From contig CAVQYR010000001.1 of assembly GCA_963718235.1 (NCBI GenBank), positions 736,001-800,000 of the forward strand: a stretch of 64,000 nucleotides of DNA, read 5' to 3'. Of this stretch, positions 1 to 9,279 are shown piece after piece (within the stretch, counting starts at the first letter, position 1; each line of letters starts with the position of its first letter). The translations under genes and the position numbers were made by a program. This DNA is from an uncultured Actinomycetota bacterium (lineage in GTDB: Bacteria; Actinomycetota; Actinomycetes; JAHEKZ01). Under the pieces are notes generated by a model. The model saw only the letters and a list, made by a program, of their open reading frames with translations. It was not told where the DNA came from and made no database searches.

Positions 1-972
1 GGCGTGGCGCTCACCGAGGAGGCGCTGGCGCTGCGGGCGGCGGGGCTTCGGACGCCGATCCTGGCCTGGCTGACCGGCCCCGGCGAGGACTACCAGTCGA
101 CCCTCGAGGCGTCAGTCGACCTGTCGGTCAACGACGTGGCGTCGCTGGCGGCCGTCGTCGCTGCTGCCACCGCCACCGGACGGACCGCGCGGGTGCACCT
201 CAAGCTCGACAGCGGGCTCGGTCGAGCCGGCTGTCCGGTCTCCGAGTGGTCCGAGCTGGTCGGCGCGGCCCGCCGGGCCGAAGTCGACGGGTCGGCCACG
301 GTCGTCGGGGTGTGGTCTCACCTGGCGTACGCCGATGCACCGGGGCACCCGACGATCGACCGGCAGATCACGACCTTCCGCGAAGCGCTGTCGGTCGCCG
401 AGGCGGGTGGGCTGGCACCGGAGGTCCGTCACCTGGCCAACTCCGCCGCCACCTTGACCCGGCCCGACGCGCTGTTCGACCTGGCCCGGCCCGGGCTCGC
501 GGTGTACGGGCTCTCGCCGGTCCCGAGCGAAGCGACGCCGGCCCAGCTCGGTCTGCGGCCCGCGATGACCCTGCACGCACGATTCACCCTGGTGAAGGAC
601 GTCCCCGCGGGTCACGGGGTCTCCTACCAGCACCAGTACGTCACGGCGCGGCCGACGTCGCTGGGCCTTCTGCCCGTCGGCTACGCCGACGGGATCCCCC
701 GCAACGCCACCAACGTCGGTCCACTGCTCGCGGCGGGACGTCGTCGCACGATCGCGGGCACCGTGTGCATGGACCAGGTGGTCGTCGACCTCGAGGGTGA
801 CCGCTGCGTGCCAGGCGACCTCGCTGTGCTCTTCGGGCCCGGCGATGACGGCGAGCCGACGGCGCAGGACTGGGCCGAGGCCACGGGCACGATCTCCTAC
901 GAGATCGTGACCAGGATCGGTCCCAGGGTGCGCCGTCGCTACCTGGGCGGCGAGGAGCCGGGTCGTGGCTGA
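1..972 (+). CDS. alr: Alanine racemase (5' part outside window)
   Basis: VHLKLDSGLGRAG, WSHLAYAD, HLANSAA, RPGLAVYG, GYADG, CMDQ, TISYEIVT motifs; heads the alr-tsaE cluster. Confidence 0.96.
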   Translation, partial: GVALTEEALALRAAGLRTPILAWLTGPGEDYQSTLEASVDLSVNDVASLAAVVAAATATGRTARVHLKLDSGLGRAGCPVSEWSELVGAARRAEVDGSATVVGVWSHLAYADAPGHPTIDRQITTFREALSVAEAGGLAPEVRHLANSAATLTRPDALFDLARPGLAVYGLSPVPSEATPAQLGLRPAMTLHARFTLVKDVPAGHGVSYQHQYVTARPTSLGLLPVGYADGIPRNATNVGPLLAAGRRRTIAGTVCMDQVVVDLEGDRCVPGDLAVLFGPGDDGEPTAQDWAEATGTISYEIVTRIGPRVRRRYLGGEEPGRG

Positions 973-2059
973 GGGCACCGAGGAGCTGGCGCGCGGTGGC
1001 GCCGTCGGAATCCTGGGAGCGGTCGGCGCGGCAGCAGCGGCAGCGCTCCTGGGGGCAGCGGCGGGCCTGGCCGCAGAGCGCGCCGTGGTCGGGCGGCCGT
1101 TTCGTCGTCGTTCCAGTGGGGTGCTCGGGCTCGGTCAGGTCCGTGGTCCGCACCGGCTCGTGCCTGCTGACGACGGCGTCCAGCTGTACGTCGAGGTCGA
1201 CGAGCCCGGTCCGCGGGCCCGCGACCGCGGACTCACCGTCGTCTTCGTGCACGGGTACGCGCTGAACCTCGACTGCTGGCACTACCAGCGACTGGGGCTG
1301 CGCGGGACCGCCCGGCTGGCCTTTTTCGACCAGCGGTCGCACGGTCGCTCCGGTCGCGGCCCACGCGACCACGCGACCCTCGAGCAGCTCGGCCACGACC
1401 TGCGGGTGGTGGTCGACGCAGTAGCTCCCACCGGTCCTGTGGTCCTCGTCGGTCACTCGATGGGCGGCATGAGTGTCATGGCCCTGGCCGGGCAGTACCC
1501 AGAGCTGTTCTCCGAGCGGGTGGTCGGCGTGGCGCTGCTGTCGACCTCGGCCGGTGGCCTCGCCGACGTCACCCTGGGCGTGCCCCTGGCCGCAGCGCGG
1601 TTGCTGCACCGCCTTGCGCCGTCGGTCGTCTCCACCCTGGCCCGCAACGCCCCACTGGTCGAGCGAGGGCGTCAGGTGAGCAACGACCTCGCGGTCCTGG
1701 TCACGCGCACGTACGGCTTCTCCGGCCCCACTCCGGTCGAGCTGGTCGACTTCGCGCTGGAGATGATCAACGCCACCCCGGTCGACGTCCTCGCCGAGTT
1801 CTACCCGGCCTTCATGTCCCACGACGCCCTCGAGGCACTCGACGTGCTCGACCAGGTCGAGACGGTCGTGATCGTGGGGGAGCAGGACCGGATGACCCCG
1901 GCGGAGCACAGCCGGGAGATCGTCCGTGCCGTCCCGAGCGCCGACCTGGTCTGCTTCGACCCCGGTGGGCACCTGGTCATGCTGGAGCGCCCCGACGACG
2001 TCAACGCGGTGCTGTTCGACCTGCTCGACCGCTGCCGTCACCTGGTCGCCACGCTGTGA
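965..2059 (+). CDS. Alpha/beta hydrolase with N-terminal hydrophobic segment
   Basis: VFVHGY, DQRSHGRS, GHSMGG nucleophile elbow, GHLVMLE; usual position between alr and tsaE. Confidence 0.9.
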   Translation: MAEGTEELARGGAVGILGAVGAAAAAALLGAAAGLAAERAVVGRPFRRRSSGVLGLGQVRGPHRLVPADDGVQLYVEVDEPGPRARDRGLTVVFVHGYALNLDCWHYQRLGLRGTARLAFFDQRSHGRSGRGPRDHATLEQLGHDLRVVVDAVAPTGPVVLVGHSMGGMSVMALAGQYPELFSERVVGVALLSTSAGGLADVTLGVPLAAARLLHRLAPSVVSTLARNAPLVERGRQVSNDLAVLVTRTYGFSGPTPVELVDFALEMINATPVDVLAEFYPAFMSHDALEALDVLDQVETVVIVGEQDRMTPAEHSREIVRAVPSADLVCFDPGGHLVMLERPDDVNAVLFDLLDRCRHLVATL

Positions 2060-2529
2060 GTGCGACGATCACCGCGGCGACGGCGGCCGACCTGCGCCAG
2101 GTCGGCGAGCGGATCGGGACCGTCGCTCGCGCCGGTGACCTGATCGTGCTGGACGGACCGCTGGGCGCCGGAAAGACCACGGTCGCGCAGGGCATCGGGG
2201 CGGCGATGGGGGTTCGCGGCCCGGTGACGTCCCCGACGTTCGTGATCGCTCGCGTGCACCCGTCGACGGTCGGTGGTCCGGCGCTCGTGCACGTCGACGC
2301 GTACCGCCTGACCTCTCTGGCCGACCTCGACGACCTCGACCTCGACACCGCCTTCGAGGAGTGCGTCACCCTCGTCGAGTGGGGCAAGGGCCTCGTGGAG
2401 GTGCTCAGCGACGCGTGGCTCCTGGTCTCGATCGAGCGCTCGGACGACGACAGCGTCGACGAGCGTCAGGTGACGCTGTCGCCCGTCGGGCGGCGCTGGG
2501 CCGAGCGACTGGCCGGCGTGCTCTCGTGA
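2056..2529 (+). CDS. tsaE: t6A biosynthesis ATPase TsaE
   Basis: GPLGAGKTT Walker A, VTSPTF, HVDAYRL, VEWG. Confidence 0.95.
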   Translation: MSATITAATAADLRQVGERIGTVARAGDLIVLDGPLGAGKTTVAQGIGAAMGVRGPVTSPTFVIARVHPSTVGGPALVHVDAYRLTSLADLDDLDLDTAFEECVTLVEWGKGLVEVLSDAWLLVSIERSDDDSVDERQVTLSPVGRRWAERLAGVLS

Positions 2530-3164
2530 TCCTCGCGCTCGACACCTCGACACCGGCCACGACTGTGGCCGTTGGCCGGGCCGGCGCCGTGCTCGCCGAG
2601 CGCGCTGTGGTCGACGCCCGGCGTCACGCGGAGGTCCTCATGCCCCTAGCGCTGGAGGCCCTGGCCGAGGCGGGCGGCTCGGCTGACGACCTCACACACG
2701 TCGTGGTGGGGGTCGGGCCCGGGCCCTACACCGGGCTGAGGGTCGGCGTGGTCACCGCCCTGTCGATGGCCGACGCCCTGGGGATCGTTGCGCTGGGTGT
2801 GCTCAGCCATGACGCCCTGCTGGCCGAGGCCGGGGGGGACCTGCCGCCCGACGTCCTGGTCGCCACCGACGCCCGACGCAAGGAGGTCTTCTGGTCCAGG
2901 TACAGCGGCGGCGCGCGGATCGCCGGCCCCGGGGTCGACCGACCGGCCGACCTCGCCGAGCGGTGGCCCGGCATCGCGGTGGTCGGCGACGGCGCGCGGC
3001 TGTACCCCGACGTCCTCGGTGCACCCTTGCCGCCACTGCTGCCCTCGGGCGGGGCGTTGGCCGCCATGGCGATGCGGCGGCTCGCGGAAGGTGGCCGGTT
3101 CGAGCCGGTCCGTGCCCTGTACCTGCGGCGTCCGGACGCAGTCGCGTTGGCTTCGCCACGATGA
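2526..3164 (+). CDS. tsaB: t6A biosynthesis protein TsaB
   Basis: GTG at 2526 overlaps tsaE stop; ILALDTS, GVGPGPYTGLRVG, DARRKEV, LYLRRPDA. Confidence 0.95.
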   Translation: MILALDTSTPATTVAVGRAGAVLAERAVVDARRHAEVLMPLALEALAEAGGSADDLTHVVVGVGPGPYTGLRVGVVTALSMADALGIVALGVLSHDALLAEAGGDLPPDVLVATDARRKEVFWSRYSGGARIAGPGVDRPADLAERWPGIAVVGDGARLYPDVLGAPLPPLLPSGGALAAMAMRRLAEGGRFEPVRALYLRRPDAVALASPR

Positions 3165-3640
3165 CCACGGACGTCGGGTCGCTCACCCTTCGACCGATGC
3201 AGTGGACCGATCTCGAGGTGGTGCACGCGCTCGAGCAGCGGCTGTTCGCCGTCGACCCCTGGACCCCGGAGCTGTTCTGGTCGGAGCTGGCCGGGGTGCC
3301 GAGCACGCGGACGTACCTGGTCGCCGAGTGCGACGGGGCGCTGGTGGGGTACGCGGGCCTGATGGTGTCCGGCCGTGACGCCGACGTGCAGACCGTCGCC
3401 GTCGACGACGCGGTGCGTCGCACGGGGATCGGCCGGCATCTGGTGCAGGCGCTGCTGCACGACGCACGGGCCCGCGGGTGCACGGTGGTGATGCTCGAGG
3501 TGGCTGCGGGCAACGAGCCGGCCAGGCACCTGTACGACTCCTTGGGGTTCGCCGAGGTGGGGCGGCGCCGGGACTACTACGCCCCGGGTGCCGATGCACT
3601 CGTGCTGCGACGGCGGCTCGGCCGCGGGGAGCCGGCATGA
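3161..3640 (+). CDS. rimI: Ribosomal protein S18 alanine N-acetyltransferase (GNAT)
   Basis: ATGA overlap at 3161; [34 protein letters not shown]. Confidence 0.92.
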   Translation: MTTDVGSLTLRPMQWTDLEVVHALEQRLFAVDPWTPELFWSELAGVPSTRTYLVAECDGALVGYAGLMVSGRDADVQTVAVDDAVRRTGIGRHLVQALLHDARARGCTVVMLEVAAGNEPARHLYDSLGFAEVGRRRDYYAPGADALVLRRRLGRGEPA

Positions 3641-4680
3641 ACGAGCCGCTCGTCCTGGGCTTCGAGACGTCGTGCGACGAGACCGGCGTCGGTGTCGTGC
3701 GCGGAACCACGCTGCTCGCCGACGCCGTCGCGAGCAGTGTCGCCGAGCACGCCCGGTTCGGTGGCGTGGTGCCGGAGGTGGCAAGCCGGGCCCACGTCGA
3801 TGCCCTGGTGCCCACCGTGCACCGAGCCCTCGCCTCGGCCGGGGTGTCCGCCGGCGACGTCGACGCGGTCGCCGTCACCAGCGGCCCCGGCCTGGCCGGT
3901 GCGCTGCTGGTCGGCGTCGCGGCGGCCAAGGCGTACGCCGCTGTCCTCGACAAGCCCGTCTACGCGGTGAACCACCTGGCCGCGCACGTAGCCGTCGACC
4001 GGCTGGAGCACGGCGCCCTCCCGCAGCCGGCGGTGGCCCTGCTCGTGAGTGGGGGTCACTCGTCCCTGCTGCTCGTCGACGACATCACCTGCGCGGTGAC
4101 CCCGCTCGGGGTCACTCTGGACGACGCGGCGGGGGAGGCGTTCGACAAGGTCGCCCGGTTGCTCGGCCTCGCGTTCCCGGGCGGACCGGAAATCGACCGC
4201 CTCGCCGAGGACGGGGTCGCGACGTCGATCGCCTTCCCCCGGGGCCTGACCGCCGCTCACGACCAGGACGAGCACCGGTGGGACTTCTCGTTCTCCGGGC
4301 TCAAGACCGCGGTCGCCCGGTGGGTCGAGTCACGCAACCGGTCGGGCGACCCGGTCCCGGTGGCCGATGTGGCGGCGTCGTTCCAGGAGGCCGTCGTCGA
4401 CGTCCTGGTCGCCAAGTCGGTCGACGCCTGCCTGGCGCACGGGGTCGACCACCTGCTGATCGGCGGGGGAGTCGCGGCCAACTCGCGGCTGCGGGCCCTG
4501 GCGCGGGACCGGTGCGGGGCGGCCGGACTCACGCTGCGGGTTCCGCGGCCGGACCTGTGCACCGACAACGGCGCGATGGTGGCCGCGCTCGGGTCGGCGC
4601 TCGTGGCAGCCGGCCTCCCCGCGTCGGACCTGGGGTTCGGGGCGGACCCCTCGCTCCCGGTGACCGAGGTCACGGGCTGA
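3637..4680 (+). CDS. tsaD: t6A transferase subunit TsaD
   Basis: [59 protein letters not shown]. Confidence 0.97.
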   Translation: MNEPLVLGFETSCDETGVGVVRGTTLLADAVASSVAEHARFGGVVPEVASRAHVDALVPTVHRALASAGVSAGDVDAVAVTSGPGLAGALLVGVAAAKAYAAVLDKPVYAVNHLAAHVAVDRLEHGALPQPAVALLVSGGHSSLLLVDDITCAVTPLGVTLDDAAGEAFDKVARLLGLAFPGGPEIDRLAEDGVATSIAFPRGLTAAHDQDEHRWDFSFSGLKTAVARWVESRNRSGDPVPVADVAASFQEAVVDVLVAKSVDACLAHGVDHLLIGGGVAANSRLRALARDRCGAAGLTLRVPRPDLCTDNGAMVAALGSALVAAGLPASDLGFGADPSLPVTEVTG

Positions 4681-4729
4681 ATCGCACCCCCACTCGTCAG
4701 CCGGGCCTCCCGTGCGTCATGATTCACCG

Positions 4730-5041
4730 GTGATCGTGCGGATGTGGGAGACCCCTGTGAAGCGGGGCCGGACCGACGACTTCGTCGCGTTCGTGGCGTC
4801 GAGGGTGTGGCCGGCCGTGACCGGTGCCGAGGGCTTCCTGGGGGGCGAGATGCTCCGCTCGGTCGGGCGCACCGACGAGCGGCTGCTGCTGGTCACGCGC
4901 TGGCGCGACGAGGCCGCCCTGGAGCAGTTCCTCGGACCCGCCTGGACGGCCCACGAGCTGACCCCCGTGGCAGACGAGGAGCCGTTCCTCGGCGGCGTCC
5001 CCTTCGTCGACAACTGGCTCGTCGTCGACACCAGCGCCTAG
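4730..5041 (+). CDS. Antibiotic biosynthesis monooxygenase (ABM/dimeric alpha-beta barrel) family protein
   Basis: IVRMW..., AEGFLGGEMLR, LLVTRWRDEAALEQF pattern; CATGAT-N6-GTG supports a start at 4730. Confidence 0.7.
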   Translation: MIVRMWETPVKRGRTDDFVAFVASRVWPAVTGAEGFLGGEMLRSVGRTDERLLLVTRWRDEAALEQFLGPAWTAHELTPVADEEPFLGGVPFVDNWLVVDTSA

Positions 5042-6240
5042 ACCGGTCGGGCCAGCACCGCCACTGGTCTTCCCGCGATTCGGGTCAGCACCACGACCAG
5101 GTGCCCCGGCGCGTGTGGATCGAGCCGCAGCTGGCGTCGCAGGTCGTCCGGATCCACCGCCGACCCTCGCTTCTTCACCGTGATCGATCCGACGTCTCGG
5201 GCGCGTACCGCCGCACGGAGCCGCTTCACCGAGAACGGCAGCACCTCGTCGACCGCGTAGGCGGTGGCGTAGGCGGTGTCGACCGAACGGTCGGAGGTCA
5301 CGTAGGCGATCCTCGGGTCGATCAGGTGTCCGTCGACGAGTCGAACGACCGCCCCGACGAGCCCTGCCCGGACCACGGCCTTGTCCGGCTCGTACAGCCA
5401 GGCTCCCAGCGGGCCGACGGGCGGCGCCGACCCCGGTAGGTCGTGGTCGGTGAGGCTGTGGCTCACGACTCCGCCGTCCGGGTCGTCGCGGTCGAGCCGA
5501 CGCAGCACGGTGGCCCGGCGACGCACCCCGGGACTGCGCAGGGCACCCCGGTACAACGCGGCCTCGACCACGTCGCGGTCGGCGGAGACGATCTCGGTCT
5601 CCCAGCCCTCGGGCACGCGGTCGTGGTCGATCCCCGGCGCCACCTTCACCCCGACGTCGTCGACCGGCAGGGCCATGACCCAGCCCAGGGGTGGGGACCA
5701 ACGCGTGGGGTCGAGCACCCGGCGTCCCCCCGCGCGGCGCGAGGGGTCGGCGAAGACCGCGGTTCGGGGCGCCCAGCGGCGACCCGCCGCGAACGACTCG
5801 ACGCAGTCGTTGACCACCGTGGCCCGTGGCACGTTGAGCGACGCGAGAGCGGCGGTGGTGGCGTCGCGCTCGACGCCGGTGGTGGGGGCGACGTCGGCGA
5901 GGGCGGCCAGGTCCGAGCCCAGGCCGCACCCGAGGTCGACGATCGACGCGGGGGCCGCCGCGCGGTACCGGACGGCCCGGTGCCGGGCGACCTCGGGGCG
6001 GGTGGCCTGCTGGGCGCCCTCGTCGGTCAGCAGCCACGTGCTCGCCTGCTCGCCCAGGCGCGGACGGGCCTGGGCGCGCAGTCGGGACTGGGTGGCCACT
6101 GCGGCCGCCTGGGTCGGGTCCAACCCCTGCGCCCGCAGGTCCGTGACCACCCGCAGCGGGTCGGCGGGGTCGTAGCGGGTGGTCGCGAGCACCCGCCGTC
6201 CGACCGGCCCGGCCAGCCAGGCGATCATCTCGGCGTCCAC
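5038..6240 (-). CDS. Class I SAM-dependent methyltransferase with C-terminal THUMP-like domain
   Basis: VDLGCGLGSD motif I, FADPSRR, LYEPDKAVVRAGLV; RBS GGGGAGG before GTG 6240; usual divergent neighbour of groES. Confidence 0.85.
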   Translation of the reverse strand: MDAEMIAWLAGPVGRRVLATTRYDPADPLRVVTDLRAQGLDPTQAAAVATQSRLRAQARPRLGEQASTWLLTDEGAQQATRPEVARHRAVRYRAAAPASIVDLGCGLGSDLAALADVAPTTGVERDATTAALASLNVPRATVVNDCVESFAAGRRWAPRTAVFADPSRRAGGRRVLDPTRWSPPLGWVMALPVDDVGVKVAPGIDHDRVPEGWETEIVSADRDVVEAALYRGALRSPGVRRRATVLRRLDRDDPDGGVVSHSLTDHDLPGSAPPVGPLGAWLYEPDKAVVRAGLVGAVVRLVDGHLIDPRIAYVTSDRSVDTAYATAYAVDEVLPFSVKRLRAAVRARDVGSITVKKRGSAVDPDDLRRQLRLDPHAPGHLVVVLTRIAGRPVAVLARPV

Positions 6241-6260
6241 GGCTGCCTCCCCTCGGTGCG

Positions 6261-6287
6261 CTGGCACTCGAGTTGACGGAGTGCTAA
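6261..6287. promoter_or_regulatory. CIRCE element 1 (HrcA operator)
   Basis: CTGGCACTC-N9-GAGTGCTAA upstream of groES. Confidence 0.93.
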
Positions 6288-6301
6288 CGCCTGCCTAGGG
6301 T
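6273..6301 (+). promoter_or_regulatory. Sigma-A type groES promoter
   Basis: TTGACG-N17-TAGGGT; the -35 lies inside CIRCE 1. Confidence 0.75.
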
Positions 6302-6306
6302 GGAGT

Positions 6307-6333
6307 TTGGCACTCTCCCCGTGAGGGTGCCAG
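6307..6333. promoter_or_regulatory. CIRCE element 2 (HrcA operator)
   Basis: TTGGCACTC-N9-GGGTGCCAG at the predicted transcription start. Confidence 0.85.
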
Positions 6334-6439
6334 CGACCCCACGGCTCGACCCCCGCGACGGCGGGCCGGGGAGTCAGTCGGTGAGCCACCGCGCTCATAC
6401 ACGTTCAGACAAGCGAACCCGTTAAGGGGAGGATCACTC

Positions 6440-6739
6440 GTGTCGGTTGGAATCAAGCCGCTTGAGGACCGCATCATCGTTCAGTCCCTCGACGCCGAGC
6501 AGACCACGGCATCAGGTCTGGTGATCCCGGACACCGCGAAGGAGAAGCCCCAGGAGGGCAAGGTCCTCGCGGTTGGCCCGGGGCGCTGGGACGAGGACGG
6601 CGAGAAGCGCATCCCGCTCGACATCTCCGAGGGCGACACCGTCGTGTACAGCAAGTACGGCGGCACGGAGATCAAGTACAACGGTGAGGAGTACCTCATC
6701 CTCTCGGCCCGCGACGTCCTCGCGATCGTCGAGAAGTAG
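6440..6739 (+). CDS. groES: Co-chaperonin GroES
   Basis: [38 protein letters not shown]; RBS GGAGG. Confidence 0.98.
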   Translation: MSVGIKPLEDRIIVQSLDAEQTTASGLVIPDTAKEKPQEGKVLAVGPGRWDEDGEKRIPLDISEGDTVVYSKYGGTEIKYNGEEYLILSARDVLAIVEK

Positions 6740-6745
6740 AGCTAG

Positions 6746-6793
6746 AGACAGCGAAACGCCCGCTCCCCTCGGGGGGCGGGCGTTTCGGTGTCT
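6746..6793. terminator. Long hairpin terminator between convergent groES and whiD
   Basis: AGACA-G-CGAAACGCCCGCTCCCC-TC-GGGGGGCGGGCGTTTCG-G-TGTCT inverted repeat. Confidence 0.85.
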
Positions 6794-6833
6794 GTCGGTG
6801 TCCTTTGGGGTCGCTCGCTGGTGCCCGGTGCCG

Positions 6834-7130
6834 TCAGCCGGCGAGCGCGTACCGGCGGTGGCCGAGGTAGATCGCCTCGCGGTCGTCCTCGGACAGCCCG
6901 CCCCAGACGCCGTACGGCTCGCGCACGCTCAGCGCGTGGGCCGCGCACTGCTGCTGCACCGGGCAGGTGGCGCACACGGCCTTGGCGGCGGCCTCCCGGT
7001 TGCTGCGAGCGGGGCCGCGCTCACCCTCGGGGTGGAAGAACAGGTCGGCGTCCTGGCCCCGGCAGGCGCCGACGAGCTGCCAGTCCCACAGGTCGGCGAG
7101 CGGGCCGGGAAGCCGCGAGAGGTCAGCCAT
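6834..7130 (-). CDS. whiD: WhiB-family Fe-S regulator (WhiD/WhiB3)
   Basis: MADLSRLPGP..WDWQ..ACRG, FFHPEGERG, C-x2-C-x5-C, EPYGVWGGLSE. Confidence 0.93.
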   Translation of the reverse strand: MADLSRLPGPLADLWDWQLVGACRGQDADLFFHPEGERGPARSNREAAAKAVCATCPVQQQCAAHALSVREPYGVWGGLSEDDREAIYLGHRRYALAG

Positions 7131-7175
7131 CGGATCCTCGTCTCTGAAACGATTCATGAGTTGTTCAACAAGGTC

Positions 7176-7204
7176 ACGGTACAACCGGGGCCCTGCCAGG
7201 TCAA
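7176..7204 (-). promoter_or_regulatory. Sigma-A type whiD promoter
   Basis: Minus strand TTGACC-N17-TACCGT. Confidence 0.65.
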
Positions 7205-7249
7205 GGCCCCGAGGTGCGCGGAACGAGGCGGGCGCCCACAATCGGGCGC

Positions 7250-8179
7250 ATGCACGATGTGGAGGGTGCGGCGCTGACCGTCGCGGCGGTGGCCCGCCAG
7301 ATCGGTGTGGCACCCGCCACCCTGCGCACCTGGGCCCGCCGCTACGGCGTCGGCCCGAGCGCCCACGCCGCGGGCACCCACCGGCGCTACACCCCCGAGG
7401 ACGTCGCCCGGCTGGAGGTCATGCGCCGTCTGACCCTGCAGGGGGTGGCGCCCGGGGACGCCGCCAAGGTGGCCCTGTCGCCGGGGACCGCTGCGCCGGT
7501 GGCCGCGCCGGTCGACGGACGCGGCTACCACGGCCACGTGTTCGCCATGCCGGACGCCGAGCCGGCGGCTCGGGGTCTGTCCCGGGCTGCCCTCGCGCTC
7601 GACGCTCCGGCCGCCGCCGAGATCGTGCACACCCACGTGGCGGCCCACGGGGTCATCACCACCTGGGACCACCTGCTGGTACCGGTGCTCACCGGCGTCG
7701 GGGAGCGGTGGCAGACGTCGGGGATCGGGGTCGACGTCGAGCACCTGCTCAGCGAGGTCGTCATTGGCGCCCTTCGAACGCCGGGGGGGTCCTTCGAGCC
7801 GCTCAACGCCCGGCCGGTGCTGTTGGCCTGTGGGCCGGAGGAGCAGCACACCTTGCCGGTCCATGCGATGGCCGCGGCCCTGGCCGAACGTCGGATCGGG
7901 TCGCGGGTGCTCGGCGGCCGGGTGCCGGTCGACGCCCTGGCGTCGGCGGTGCGTCGGTGCGGGCCGTCGGTGGTCTTCGTCTGGTCACAGCTGCCCGGCG
8001 CCGCGCAGCGTGCGTCCCTGCACGCGCTGCCTGCGCTGCGCCCGCCCTACACCTTGGTCCTTGCCGGGCCGGGATGGGACGTCGACCCGGCCGACCCCTC
8101 GGGGGGCCCGTCGTCACTGCGCGAGGCGGTCGATGCTGTCATGCGCGCCATCGGTGGAGCGGCCGGGCCGTTGGGCTAG
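7250..8179 (+). CDS. MerR-family regulator with cobalamin-binding domains (CarH/LitR-like)
   Basis: MerR HTH (TLRTWARRYG, HRRYT), W-x9-EH (WQTSGIGVDVEH) and E-x-H (EEQHTLP) motifs. Confidence 0.85.
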   Translation: MHDVEGAALTVAAVARQIGVAPATLRTWARRYGVGPSAHAAGTHRRYTPEDVARLEVMRRLTLQGVAPGDAAKVALSPGTAAPVAAPVDGRGYHGHVFAMPDAEPAARGLSRAALALDAPAAAEIVHTHVAAHGVITTWDHLLVPVLTGVGERWQTSGIGVDVEHLLSEVVIGALRTPGGSFEPLNARPVLLACGPEEQHTLPVHAMAAALAERRIGSRVLGGRVPVDALASAVRRCGPSVVFVWSQLPGAAQRASLHALPALRPPYTLVLAGPGWDVDPADPSGGPSSLREAVDAVMRAIGGAAGPLG

Positions 8180-8188
8180 CCTGCCCGC

Positions 8189-9112
8189 GTGGACGATGCC
8201 CTGGCCGAGCTGCTCGCGACGGGCGAGCGGGCGGCCTTCCACGGGCGCCCGGCGGCCGGGGTGGCCGCCCTGGAGCAGGCCTTCGGGCTGGCCCGGGCCG
8301 AGGGCCGAGACGTCGAGGCCACCGCCGCGGCGTGGCTGCTCGGCGTCGCACTGGGCGCATCCGGTCGGCTGGGGAGCGCGCTGGCGGTGCTGGAGCCGCT
8401 GGCCGGACAGCAGGTCGGTGGGCCCGTGGGTGACAGCCCCGAACGTCGCCTGTTCGCCGCACTGGCGTCGGCCACGGTCGCCAGCCTGTACCGCCAGCTG
8501 GGCCGGCACGCGTCGGCCGCCGTCATCGACGAAGCAGGGCTTGCCCTGACCGACGGCACCGGGGAGGCGGCGTTCGACTGCCTGCTCGGCCTGGCCGCCG
8601 ACGCGGTGGGCCAGGGCGACGCCGAGGGCGCGCAGGCACGGCTGGCTGAGGCGAGCGCGCTGGCCAAGGGCCGTGAGGACTGGTGGCGGCAGCGGGTCCG
8701 TCAGTCCTGGGTCGAGGCCGAGCTCGCGCTCCTGCGCGGCGACCCGGCCCACGCGATCGAGGCTGCCTCCTCGGCGGTCCACCGGGCCGAGGCATCCGGG
8801 GCCCCCCGACACGTCGCCAAGAGCCTGCTGTTCCTCGGGGTGGCCCAGGTGCAGGCGGGCGAGCTGACCGAGGCCGAGGGAACCCTGCGCCGGGCCTCGA
8901 CCCTGGCCGAGAGCCTGGGCACCCTTCCGCTGCTGTGGCCGGCCCGTGCCCTGCTCGGCGCCCTGCTGGAGACGTCGGCCCCGGCCGAGAGCGCGAAGTC
9001 ACTCTCCGCGGCCCGCGGTGCGGTGATCGCGATGGCCGACGACCTGCCCGAGGAGCTGCGCACGGTCTGGCTGGACCGCCCGGACATCACGGCGCTGCTG
9101 GGCGGCGACTAG
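8189..9112 (+). CDS. All-helical TPR-like hypothetical protein
   Basis: Ala/Leu-rich helical repeats, actinobacterial codon bias, TAGCCT-N6-GTG leaderless start. Confidence 0.75.
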   Translation: MDDALAELLATGERAAFHGRPAAGVAALEQAFGLARAEGRDVEATAAAWLLGVALGASGRLGSALAVLEPLAGQQVGGPVGDSPERRLFAALASATVASLYRQLGRHASAAVIDEAGLALTDGTGEAAFDCLLGLAADAVGQGDAEGAQARLAEASALAKGREDWWRQRVRQSWVEAELALLRGDPAHAIEAASSAVHRAEASGAPRHVAKSLLFLGVAQVQAGELTEAEGTLRRASTLAESLGTLPLLWPARALLGALLETSAPAESAKSLSAARGAVIAMADDLPEELRTVWLDRPDITALLGGD

Positions 9113-9176
9113 CGGCTGACTGCTCCGAATGGGGGAACGGTCGGGCCCGACGAGCACAAGCCGAGCCGGATCAGGG

Positions 9177-9203
9177 CTCACGCTGCCCGCGACACCTGCC
9201 GAA
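9177..9203 (+). promoter_or_regulatory. Candidate sigma-28 (WhiG/FliA-family) promoter of bldM
   Basis: CTCA-N17-GCCGAA about 77 nt upstream of the bldM start. Confidence 0.45.
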
Positions 9204-9279
9204 GGGATGAGTGGCACCGGGCGACATCGCCGGCGCCGGCAGGCTCGACCGCGGGGTTCTTCTTGGTTCAGGAGGTCTG

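Noticed and set aside
7131-7249. CarH-type 11-bp direct-repeat operator
   Set aside because: ACAA motifs are 13 bp apart, not in 11-bp phase; only the short palindrome is supportable.
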